From positions 1-45,313 of the forward strand of contig DF237617.1 of the NCBI GenBank assembly GCA_000708835.1: a DNA stretch of 45,313 nucleotides. Direction: 5' to 3'. The notes under the pieces are model-generated. The model saw nothing but the letters and a program-made list of their open reading frames with translations, was not told where the DNA came from and searched no databases. Positions 22,261-34,155 of this stretch are shown piece by piece. Made by a program: the position numbers and the translations under genes. The DNA comes from Klebsormidium nitens. Its lineage: Eukaryota > Plantae > Klebsormidiophyceae. Within the stretch, counting starts at the first letter, position 1. Each line of letters starts with the position of its first letter.

Positions 22261-25200
22261 TCAGGCGACGCAGGTCTTCTTATGCTCATTCCAATCAGCC
22301 CGCTGACAATCCGCGCTGCAGTACCGTGCGCTCCTGCAAATGAAGGGCGGCTATCTGGTCCCATTCTCATTGTGTTTAAGACTAATTTCAGGATCTCAAG
22401 CCCCTTGAAAGGAGTTCGACATAGCGCATTCACTATTTCCAACTTGAGTCGGAGCTCCAACATAGGTCTACATCGCGCACTTTAAACGCCTTTCACATGA
22501 TTCACCGTTCATTATCAAATACCGGACGTGCCTAATGAACACGTAACATTCTTTGAGTAGCAGCAAGTGCAAGTAGAAAAATTGAAACAGTAACCTCCAC
22601 TTACTTGCAGCGCGAGCACCTTTTCAGCTCCCCCGGGACCTTCAGCGCCCCGCACTGGTCGCACGGGAGCTGCACCCCGGCCTCAAAGTGGACGAAGCCG
22701 TGCACCACGCTCCCTGGCACGAGGTCCCCCGGGGAGACCAAACCGGCCGCGATGAAGCGACGGAGGAGGTCCGCAGCCTGGAAACGAGAAGTCTAGTGAG
22801 GATTAACCCAGGTTGAAACATTACGGTGCCCGGGGGATGGGCCCGAGGTTAGCTGGGGCTTAGAGTGAAACCGCGTGCAGAGCGGGTAATTTGGCTTACA
22901 GGGTTTAGTTAACTGCATCCTCCCGCTTCTCGAATGATCTCAACCTCGGTTTCACCTCTTTTCTATCAAGCAATGGGAAAGATTAGGGTAAAGGTTAAAA
23001 AGGTCCCTTGTCAATACTCAATCAAACTATTTCTCATACAACTCCACGAGCTGATTCGAGACTTACCTTGGAGCGGACGGCCGGTGCCTGGTTCCCGGCC
23101 GCAAGCCTGGCGAGAGTGGACACGATGGGCGAGGGGAGAGCGCCCGGGGGGAAGACTTCCAGGGAGAGGAGGGAGAGGAAGACGTCCGGAAGTAACTGTC
23201 GAGACAAGGAAAGACGGTTTAGAAGGAAGATGGGAACATGGTCAATGCAAGCTTGTTCAAAAGGGGTCGAAGCGGAATTACGTCCGGATTGGCAACGTCT
23301 GGCACGATAGAATCTTCACACAAGCGTTGGAAAGCAGGCGAATCAAATTTTCTCAGTCCCGACGACGAAAGCCGCAAGAGCCGCTCTTACAGGGCAGTGA
23401 AGAGGGCTACACACTGTTCTCAAGATTCAAGAAACGGATGATATGAGGGACCTCGTGTCGGCAGCATGTAGAAATTGCTAAGAATGCTCATTGGTACTTT
23501 GGAGCTGGTTGAGTCCTCAGCTAAAGAGTAGAAAGAGGAGACAGAAAACGTGCGGGTCCAAGAACATACACCCGCCGGTGGAAACACACGCGAATTGAGA
23601 GGGAACGCTGAAATCGCCTGGGGAATCTGGGGCGGTCGGATTTTTTTGTTTATGGACGTACGTTTACTTCTTGAACGCCTGTGGGCCCGGGAATCACCAC
23701 AATGTTGGGGGAGTAGTCGACGAATCTTGCGACCGCGGCGAGGAGGCCCTCCTGGCGAGCCATCTCGGCAACCAGGGCCTTGTCTTCCGGCCTGCGTGAC
23801 GTGGCAAGAAGAGCAGTGTTCTGACACATGTCATCGTTTCGATGCCAAAGTCCGTGCCCCTGCACGTCTCTTTGTCAGGGGTGTCGCTTGCGATATCGTG
23901 ACCTTCAGGATGTCAAACAAAGCCCATCTCGAGAGAACTTTTTTATCTCCTTATTTATGAAGAATAAAGGATTCAGCCTGCCATTACAGATCACTCTTTT
24001 TGATCACTACACATGCTTGAGTAAATGCGTCCCCCTCTGGGAGGTTTCGCCGTCCGTTTCGTGTGACGGGAAAATTTTTTCAGTCGTCCGTCGCGAGTAG
24101 TTGGACCAAGCTAGCGACTGCTCTAACACTCACACAATCATTACTGAAGTGTATAAGGTCGTTTCTTTTCAAAAAGGAAGCCCGCCGAAAGCACTCTTTT
24201 AAACAGTAGATAAGGCAACAAGCTGGCCCGTTGATATCGAAGCACGCACCTGTCGCTGTTCACCAGTCTGAGAGCGATCATGAGCGCCGCGACACCCGAG
24301 GCGATCTCCTAGTCCCAGTGGGTCATGAGCCACGACAGGCTTGTTGCGAATTCTGTACGGAAGCTGGAATCTGGGTTACAAGGTTCCCAAACAAGCGGAG
24401 GCTCCTGAGGAGCCGCAAACATTCGCACCAGTATCTGTAAAGAGTTTGGCGGTCGGTAAAATCAAACCGCTTGATCTACTATGTTATCTTCGTTGCTGTT
24501 TCCTTACTTCTAATTCCTCAGAAGGAGAGAAGGGGAGTGTTCTGCTTCTGTGAAAATGACAGATGCAAGGCCTCGCTACAGAAATTGGCAGAGCACCCTT
24601 CGAGACAACAACCCGTTCTACCCGTTTCTTCGCAGGGCCAGATAATCATCGGATGAAAGAGAGCGGAGCATGAGCAAGGAACCGACCGGAAAGGAACATG
24701 TTTCTCCGAGGTTGAAAAGAGAGTTAGGGTGGGCCTGCTGCTTTGAGTGATCTGTCAGCAGAAAATGAAGAGCCCTGGACCAATTGCACCAGAACACGCG
24801 CTACAGATTGGTCTAGCGGTTTTTTCCGTGCAATCTTAATCAAACAGTCTGTGTGGTCTCAGGATGAAAGAAGACTGCTCTGGATTAGCACGTCTGTTAT
24901 GAAGACTTTCGAACAAGTCCGGATACATTGGTAAGAGTGACTTCACCAGGCACGGATCTCAGATCGTCGAGGAATATTTCTTCCTCGTTGGAAATGTTGC
25001 CCAGGACGGAAGTCAGGTTTCCCAGCATCTTGCCAAAGTCGATGAGACGCGCGTCGCGTGGGACGTCACCCGCGCGCTCGGCCATCTGCGCGAGCACGCG
25101 CACCATATTCCGAACCGCGCCTCCTCTAATCAGGGCCTCAACTGCCTGCTTCTTCGCGCCTGGAAGAAAAGCTGTGTGTCAGTGTTCGTAAAAGCGTGCC

Positions 25201-27011
25201 ATACTCTGACCGTAGTCTGTGTATGAGTACCTTTTCAGGTGCCATTCAATACTCTGTCATTTCCAACATCTGTATCCGTGACGGAAGGATCAGTTCGTTG
25301 AATCGTATTTGAATGGTGAGGTATCACTCGTGACGTTTAGGTTGCACACGCTCTATCTCAGAGCATGAGGCGCATGGAAGTGACAATGAGCCATCTTTCA
25401 AGACCAAAAATTGCATGTGCTGTTTACCTCGCAGGTTGCGTTGAGATGCATGGACTTGAAATCATCTTGTCAAAATGTAACAAGCAGCCTTTCAACTCTC
25501 TCTTAGAATCAAGCACACGATGAACCGAATTGCCTGGTTGTCTCTGTTCTTTCTTGTCTTCCATGCACGATCTCCCCGTCAATAATCCTGTGTCAATTTC
25601 GTTGTTTGCGATCCTATCCGGCTGTCATTCCGAGCAATATCAAAGGAAACAGCAGGGAAATTCCAACACGTCGAAATTTTACCTGAGAGAGGTCCAGCTC
25701 GAGTATCTTGGCCGGCGTACGCCGCGCGCCATGCAGAATCCGGACTCACGAGGTTACTGAAGAGCTTGACCGTCCATCCAGGCAGGCTGACGTCCATCGG
25801 ACGGATCAGATCGTCTAAAGTGAATTCTGACGCGACGAAGTTGGCAATCAACGGCTGCAGCGCTGCTCTCTCGTGGAACCTTCTGACGTAGACAACACCT
25901 CCATCTCCTAGGAAAGTGGAAAGCGTCTGCAGGGCCTGTGGAAAGAACGAAAAACATCTCGAGCTCAGCAAGTGACTCAGGCTGAAATTTACCTACGTTT
26001 TCTACTTATACCATGACCCTAATATTTGACTCGCAAGGAAACCAGGAATAATTGATAAAAACTAAGATTGAGTATTGAGGATGAAGGTTGCCAGATCCGA
26101 TCTTGCAATCAACTGGTGGATAAAAGAAACAACATAAACAAGTTCTTCATCCTAGATGACGTCAGCGCTTTCTCAAAAAGACGGTGCTTGTGTTTTAAAA
26201 ATAGAGAAATTTCTACAGAAGACACACTCCATGAAAACCTCTAACAGGAAAGGGGTATAGGGTATCAGTGCCATTTTTGGATCTCGAAGCTTAGCTTACA
26301 AATGATTGCATAGAGCATTATCATGCACACTGCTGAGTTGACTGATGACCGAGCAGAAACTGGTCCTTGCTTTGAGTTCTCTCTACCTGTGGACAGCTAC
26401 ACTATCAATAGGCAAATTACTCTGCTTCTCAAAGTTCCTTAGCTGTTAGTCTCCAAAAGGACCCTGCTTACAAGGATTCTTACCTCGAGATTGGTCGGAT
26501 GTTCGATCACAATGTCAATTGCTGCGTCCAGGAATGCGAGCCCCATCGCTTCAGGATACAGTCCCATGCGGAGCTGACCACCTGAGGTCATGCCTGCTAA
26601 GCCACTCTTCACCATTGCAACATGCATTGCTTTCTCTGAGTGAAGAAGCTGCACGAGGCCCATCATTTGCGGCACAAAGTGCATGCCTTCCGGTACTTCG
26701 TCCTGCCTCAGACCGACCTTCAGTCCAGTGGAGATGGTAAAGAAAACTTTCTCGAGTTCTTCTGCGGACAGGTCCTTTAGAGCAACCGGCTTCTCCAGAA
26801 TCTTCAAACAGCCTGGGAGGTCATAGGTGGTGCCAGGATCGCTAGGTTTAACCATGGGAGGCACAGGGACTGGTCTAGCTGACGCTGCAGCACGGAAAAC
26901 CTCCTCTTTGGCATGCTGGAGAGCTCTGACGCGGATCGTCTCAAGGTCTTCATTGATTATCTCTTTTGTCTTCTGCACATCGACTTCTTCTTTGGCAGGT
27001 AGCGCTTCCAT
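22261..27011 (-). pseudogene. MYND zinc-finger protein, tandem copy B (in-frame TAG in exon 4)
   Basis: Exons 26484-27011, 25683-25935, 24947-25159, 24250-24352, 23662-23791, 23067-23195, 22605-22777, 22261-22333. Exon 4 reads CAC TGG GAC TAG where copies A and C have TAC and TAT (stop at 24309-24311). Confidence 0.8.
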
Positions 27012-28096
27012 CTTGTCTCTTAAGGTAGAACCAAAATGCTTGAGCGGAAGGAGATCGTTTTGAGTGGGTGCCTATTGAAACGGCTTCGGAGAAGGCGCCT
27101 TCGCAATACATAGAGACCCTTTCAAAAAGCTGAGGGCAGGATGCGCGTGCCAATCTGGTGCCCGCCAGGAGGCAAATTGCTCTCGCTGTTGCCCTGCTTC
27201 TTTCCAAACATTTGAAAAGTTCGTGCATAAAGTCACAAGAGACTGCATGAAACCTTGAAGACTGACATGACTTTCGAGGGCCCCGGTGAGCCCGGGGTAG
27301 GGAGAAGGTAGCTTGACGACCGGGGGTCACTTCCCGGGCACATTCGAGATTCGGAATCCACTTTCTGCTCTTATACCTTCAGGACTCCGCGCGGTCCTCA
27401 ATGACGACTACTGTAAGTGCTCGGGGAAATGACCCGCGCAGGTTTGCTGACGCTCAGAGGACGTCATCCTGACGAAGCGTGCTCGATTCCTCGAGAATCA
27501 CGAAGTCCGACTATCTTTGGTTTGACGAGGAATAGCACACAATTCGACAATTGCACTCGGTGTTGTAAGTGGAGCGTCATTATGCGTACACGCAAGCTAC
27601 CTGTGTTTTGCAATCGGACTGCCTTCGAAGGGCCCATGGACCTGAAGATAGTGAAGCGGGGCAGGACAGAAATGTCAATTCGATTCGCAGCTTGCGGGTT
27701 GTGCTGGATACCGAACTGATATGTTTATTGGCGACATAGTGCTTGCACACTACATCTGATGGGGTAAAGCTGCGACGTCAGGGTTGTCGCCCGCTCACTG
27801 ACATGGTGTAAGCTGCTTGAAGCTGTCACTGAATCCTGTGACTGCTCTGTGATCTACAGAACGGTCGTACGGACCTTCGACTTGCTTTCAGCGCGCTACA
27901 CAATCCGATGCTGGGCCTCGACCGGACAGAATCTTCCTAAACGTCTGTATTGTGTAGCATAATACCAACCATGGCGTTTCTTAAGAAGCATACGTTCTTC
28001 GCTTCGTGGCACTGCCGCCAAAGTCAATCCAAATGGTACTACTTACAACCAAATTTCCCCTAAGGCCAGCACTTATCCATTCCGCTAGAGTCAGAT

Positions 28097-31000
28097 TCAT
28101 ACTAAACAGGTCTTCCTGTGCTCCTTCCAGTCAGCCCGCTGACACTGCGCGCTGCAGTACCGTGCGCTCCTGCAAAAAAAGAGGGGCCATTTGGTCGACT
28201 CTTCGACTGAACTCAAGAATGATATCAGGACCAGTAGGCCTTTAAGTAGAGGCCGTTCGCAAAAGGAACAATCAACTCATCCAACTACCTTTGGAGCATC
28301 AAGATCTGCACCTCGAACTGAGAATAGCTTAACGTTATTCACCGCTCAATATTCCCCTCCCAATCGGAAGAATATTTTCCTCGCAGTTGGAAGCGCCTGG
28401 ACAGCTCAAAAGTTTCGCAGATTATCAGCAAGCCGATGGCGGGACTGCAGCGCAGCAACCTCGACTCACTTGCATCGCGAGCACCTCTTCAGCTCTCCCG
28501 GGGACTTCAGCGCTCCGCACTGGTCACACGGGAGCTGCACCCCGGCCTCAAAGTGGACGAACCCGTGCACCACGCTCCCCGGCACGAGGTCCCCGGGGGA
28601 GACCAGCCCGGCCGCGATGAAGCGACGGAGCAGGTCCGCAGCCCATGAACGAACAGTATCCATTTCACGTGACAAATATTTCAGTGACCGGGGGACGGTT
28701 GGGGCTAGCCTGGGGGTTAGGTTGAGTACGGTTGGAGAACGGGTGAGTTTCTTTCTAGGGTTACAGTAAGGTGCGCCAATTTCGAATCTCAATCTCGCTC
28801 AACTCAGCCTTACTTCGAAACTTACCTGGGAACGGACGTCCGGTGCCTGGTTTCCGGACGTAAGCCTAGCGAGAGTGGACACGACTGGCGAGGGAAGAGG
28901 ACCGGGCGGGAAGGCGTCCAGGGAGAGAAGCGAGAGGAAGGCGCCCGGGAGCAGCTGCCAGGAGAGGCGCGAAAGGAGTCAGAAAAAGGATGCGAAAAAG
29001 GCCAATGGAAAATGGTAGGTGTTTCCAAGGTCAGATCTCCGGTTCAAAAACTTGGCAACCAGCAAGCGTTCTGATTTAATGGATCCTTTAAGAATCGGAA
29101 AATTCTCAGCACGCCCACTACACAGAGCAGCTATTGGAGATTAGAATTGACTTCCGGTCAATTAAGAGGAGTTATGCAATACCTCATTACGGCATTCGAA
29201 GGACACTCCTTACAAGTTTCCTTCTCAGATTGGACCTGTATGAATACCCGCCAGAAATGGAAGATGAAGTGTATAAGACGTGCCGGGGCCCGCAGCATTG
29301 CAGACTTTATAGGCACTAGACTCATAGGCTAAGAGAGAAGGAAATCAAACTTTCGAAAAAACGAGGGCAGTGCGATCGGTAGACGGACTTACGTTCACTT
29401 CTTTGACGCCTGTGGGCCCCGGAACCACCACAAAGTTGGGGGAGAAATCGACAAATCTTGCGACCGCGGCGAGGAGGCCCTCCTGACGGACGATTTCAGC
29501 GACCAGGGCCTTGTCTTCCGGCCTGCGTGATGAGCAGATCGCAAGCCAACTTGTCCAATTTTGCAGCACATGATTGCACGGACATCGGTGCAAAGGTCTT
29601 ACAAAGACTCACTTGTGCGACCGTGAGGATCAAGATACCAAGAGAAGCAGGATTCCAGTCTGGAAGCAGTTTTAGATGTCTGTCGCTCTTTCCCAGCAAA
29701 AGCTTTCGTAAGCCTCTCGACTCACAACCAATCCCCTCAGTGATGCGCTCGCTTCTGAAAGAAGTCACGCGAGCTGGGTCACGTGCCAACAAAGACCCTC
29801 TTCATTCTTGCACGAGTCGGCGAAACTCAGCAACTGCTCTGATAATTAAGGACTTAATTTTAATTTGACGTCTTGCCTCTTCTCTAACAACCTGCCCGCC
29901 AGAAGCACTCTACCAGATAGCGTATAAGGAAACAAGGTTCCCGAAGATCTGAAGAACCTACCTGTCGCTCTTGGTTAGTCTCTTGGCGATCATGACCGCC
30001 GTGTGACCGGAGCTAAGATCATAGTCCCAGTGGGTCATGAGCCACGACAGGCTTGACGCGAACTCTGCACGGATGTTTTAATGCTGTTGCAAGGGGCCGG
30101 ATAATGTTGGCTGGTCTGACCCGCATTTTTTTGCGCAATTTCTCTCCAAGCTGATTTATTGATTGACAGAGGTAGAGTCACTGGATCTGCCCTTTCATTG
30201 CAACGCTACAATGGTCAAAGTACCCTTTGAGAAAGAAAGCGTTCTCTTTACTAGAGCCTGAAATCCGGACGGTCGACGCGTGAACAGTAAGCTAAACCCA
30301 TGATTGCTCCCTCTACGAACAGTATGGTGGCCCGCTGAGGGAACAGATCTTTAGCAGGAATGTTATTTTCTGAACCGATCACAGCAAGACACACGCTATG
30401 ATCTGGTAAAAAGTTGTTGGATCCTAGCATCTTCGAACAGATCAAGTACTTCCCAATGCTCTCGAACAAGCTGTCAGAAGCGCGCCTTCCTCATATCCGA
30501 TTCGGTGGAAGGACCTTACCAGGTACAGATCTTAGGTCGTCGAGGAACATCTGCTGCGCGTTGGAGACGTTGGCTAGGACACTGGCCAGATTCCCCAGCA
30601 TCTTGCCAAAGTCGATTAGGTGCACATCGCGCGGGACGTCGCCCGCGCGCTCGGCCATCTGCGCGAGCACGCGCACCAGCTTCCGGACGGCGCCTCCCTT
30701 GATCAGGGCCTCAGTCGCCTGCTTCTTCACGCCTGAAAGAAGTGCGTGTCAGTCTTATGCAACACGCATCACGCATAACTACTTCGTCGATGAGCTTGAA
30801 TGACCTTTGACGGTGGCCGCACGAAAAGCCTCTTTAGGAACGACCTCAATCCAGAACGGCCTCAATCCAGAACGGGGTCACTGCTTACTGGTATGTTTCA
30901 AATGTCGAGGCGTGATATGTGAAGTTAGAATTGCGAAGGGTCTATCTTAAGTTTCGAAAGCACAATAAGTGCAGAATAACTCTCCTATGACTGCTGCAGG

Positions 31001-32644
31001 TGCCTTAACCCCCTTTGCACCTTCAAAACTGGAAAAATCACTCTTTTTGATAGGATTATCTGAGCTTGTGAGATCATCCCCCTGAACGGATGAGCAGCTC
31101 CAATATCCTTAAAGAGCAATTCGCAACACGAGTCGAAGAACCGGACGGTTGTCATTGATCATTCTAGCCGTTCGTGCACAATAAGCCCCGTTTTTAGGAG
31201 CCTGCAATATTGTTTGATGTGCATAATACTTTGTTGAAGTCCTTCAGCATCAAGGAAAATCAAGAGTGGAAGCTCTTCTTAGAAGATAAAACGTCCTACC
31301 TGACAGACAGCTTGCTCCAGGAACCAGCTGCCGAGGATCTAATCGGCCGCCGTACGCCGCCCTGAACTCAAAGTCCGGCGCCACGAGACTGCCGAAGAGC
31401 CTGACCGTCCATCCGGGTAGATTCACATCCATCGGACGGAGCAGATCGTCTAGAGTGAACTCTGAAGCGACGAAGTTGGCGATCAACGGCTGCAGCGCTC
31501 CTCTCTCGTGGAACTTCTTAACGTAAGCAGGTCCTCCATCCGCTATGAAAACGGAGAGAGTCTGCAGGGCCTGTTGAAATGCGAGACACGTCTTGATTTC
31601 GGCAAGACACAAACTAAACCTCACTCCACTTCTTCGAAACTCCAACCTTGGTTGGAATGACACACTTCAAGGCAAATCAGAGATAATGAAATACCTTTTT
31701 GAGATCGCTGTTTGCCGAAAAATTCTGCCCAATTGCGTCTGTCAACCAAGCTTTGGACCTTCGAGATAAATCTGAGGATGGTCTGAATCAGCGGCTCCAC
31801 ATTTGACAGTGCTTCTTCTGGAAAGAGATAGGATGATTGGACAGCAGACACATTTTCAAATCAAAGTTCCTGGGAAAGAAGATTCTCTACGAAACGAGTG
31901 CATTCATCCGTTTTCAGCTTCTTGCAGTCCAAATACAGGACAAAATGCTGTAACAAAATCTGTGACTGAGTGACCAAGTAACAGCTGATTTTGCTTTTTG
32001 AATTCTCTGTCTATGCGACCAACTAGAATCTAAAAACATTCATAACTAGAGGTTCTCCTTTCAAACTTCTTAGCGTCTTTTTGTGGCAGGCCAGATTGAA
32101 ATCCACTGCTCACCTCCAGATTCGTGGGATCTTCCATCACAATGTCAACCGCTGCCTCCAGAAAGCCAAGCCCCATCGCTTCAGGATACAGCCCCATGCG
32201 AAGCTGGCCGCCAGAGGTCATGCCTGCCAGTCCATTCCTCACCATAGCGGTCTGCATCGCTTTGTCTGAGTGAAGATGCTTCACCAGGAGCATGAACTTG
32301 TGCACAAATACCTGCATGCCTTCCGGCACCTCATCATGCCTCAGACCGACCTTCAGCCCGGTAGAGAGGGTGAAGAGAACCTTCTCAAGCTCTTCTGTTG
32401 ACAGGTCATTCAGAAATACAGCCTTCTCCAGGATCTTGAGACTGCCTGGGATGTCATAGGTGGTGCCAGAATCGGAGGGCATAACCATGGGAGGCACAGC
32501 GACTGTCTTAGCTGACGCTGCAGCACGGAAAACCTCTTCTTTGGCATGCTGGAGAGCTTTGACGCGGATTGTCTCGAGGTCCTTGTTGATCTTCTCTGTT
32601 GTTTTCTGCACGTCAATCTGTTCCTTGGCAGGTGACGCTTCCAT
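28097..32644 (-). CDS. MYND zinc-finger protein, tandem copy C (exon 7 acceptor AG lost)
   Basis: Exons 32114-32644, 31300-31570, 30520-30732, 29962-30064, 29393-29522, 28826-28954, 28470-28642, 28097-28169. The exon 7 acceptor is ttcatGG|GCT, versus cccAG|GCT in A and tccAG|GCT in B. Confidence 0.8.
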
Positions 32645-34155
32645 CTTGTTTCGTAGGTTTGGCTCAAAATTCTTGAAAGCAGAGAGGACAGGTACGTCCC
32701 AAGTGCCGCCTCCTAAAGGGTTTGCGAAGAAAGCGCTCTCGTAATAACGATGCGTGCAGGATGGTTGTACCGAAGTTCTTCGCCAGGAAGTAAAAGGGCT
32801 CGCTGCAGCTCTGCTCCTTGCAAAAACTTCGTGCATGAACACTGCCATTGGAGGCTCTGCCTTCCTGATTGTCGCCGCCTGTGGAAGCTTTCGAGCTTGA
32901 TTTGACATTTGGTGCCCGGGGCAGCTGGTTGGTATCTTGGCAACCGGGGGCGCACTTTCCCGGGCCTCGGCACGCTTCAGACCCTGGTGTCAATCACATC
33001 CCTGAACCTCGCGAGATACCCATGCAGTGACATTGATGGGGACCGGTACAGATTTGCTCCCACTCAGAGGGCGCCATCGAGGCGCCATCATGGCATCCAG
33101 CGCCATCTTGACAAACCCTCGAGAGTTCCGAACTTGAAGTTCATGACTTTTTGTGTTTTGAAGAGGATTCAACGGCCTTTCATCTACATAGCGTTCTTGC
33201 TGAAGTCTCATGTGTGAACAGGCTCCTCATGCGCACATGCTGAGTCCCTTCTTAAGTAATTGCTCTCTGTCTGCCTGCGCGGGGTTGATTTGAAGCTGTC
33301 AATTGTGCGGATACCACAGTATCCGGCAGCCCCTCAGCCTTGTCAAGCACACTCGTTGCCAAATCATTCTGAAGGCACTCTGAACGACACCACATCATGG
33401 CCACGACGACGACGACATCAGTAGCTGCATGATCGAGCTACAGCCGGAGCTGGTTGCAAGAGAGTATGATCGGGTACAACGCAGTCAGTCAGTCGGTCAG
33501 TTCAGAAGCTTGTGTCGATAGTTGGGCAATGATGCCAATTGTAGCCCCACTTCCAACGTGCTGTATAACCGATCAAACCGTTTTATAAACGTTTTCGCGA
33601 TCTACTTTGCGTACATTTGTGTCGGTCGATCGGTAGCAGATTCGTTGATGGACATGCCTGATCAAGGGCGTCAGCTACATAGCATTCGACTGTGTGATGG
33701 CAGCGTACCGCAATCAATCACATGATAGTGGACGTCGGCATGACAAGAAAAGAATAGCAATGTGCTGCATGGTTAAAGCGACGCAGTGACTGCATGACAA
33801 GATCCTGGCAGCTGGAATATATATTGCCTCATGGGATACTCCTTGAGGTCCACGTTGTCATACTCAGAGATTGGCGCTCCTTTTCTATCACTGCATGGCC
33901 CTTAAAAAGCCTGAGCGGATATAAGTCACCTTGATTTGTGTGCATACGGTAGATCTTGCAACATATTTGTCCAGTTTTTCAGCCCTTTCTGTACGTCCGT
34001 ACAGACATCTCTATTCTGCTCACCTTTCCTGACTGCGCGTGCATTATTTTGTTTCCTCGACAATTTTCGTCTCGCTTACGTACACCTGACTCATCAGACT
34101 TATGTACACGTGGCTCATTTTAACATATGTCCGCATGGCATATTCGGACGCCCAA

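Noticed and set aside
30844-30875. Perfect 16-bp tandem duplication cctcaatccagaacgg x2 in an intron of copy C
   Set aside because: An ordinary slippage duplication, far from splice sites.
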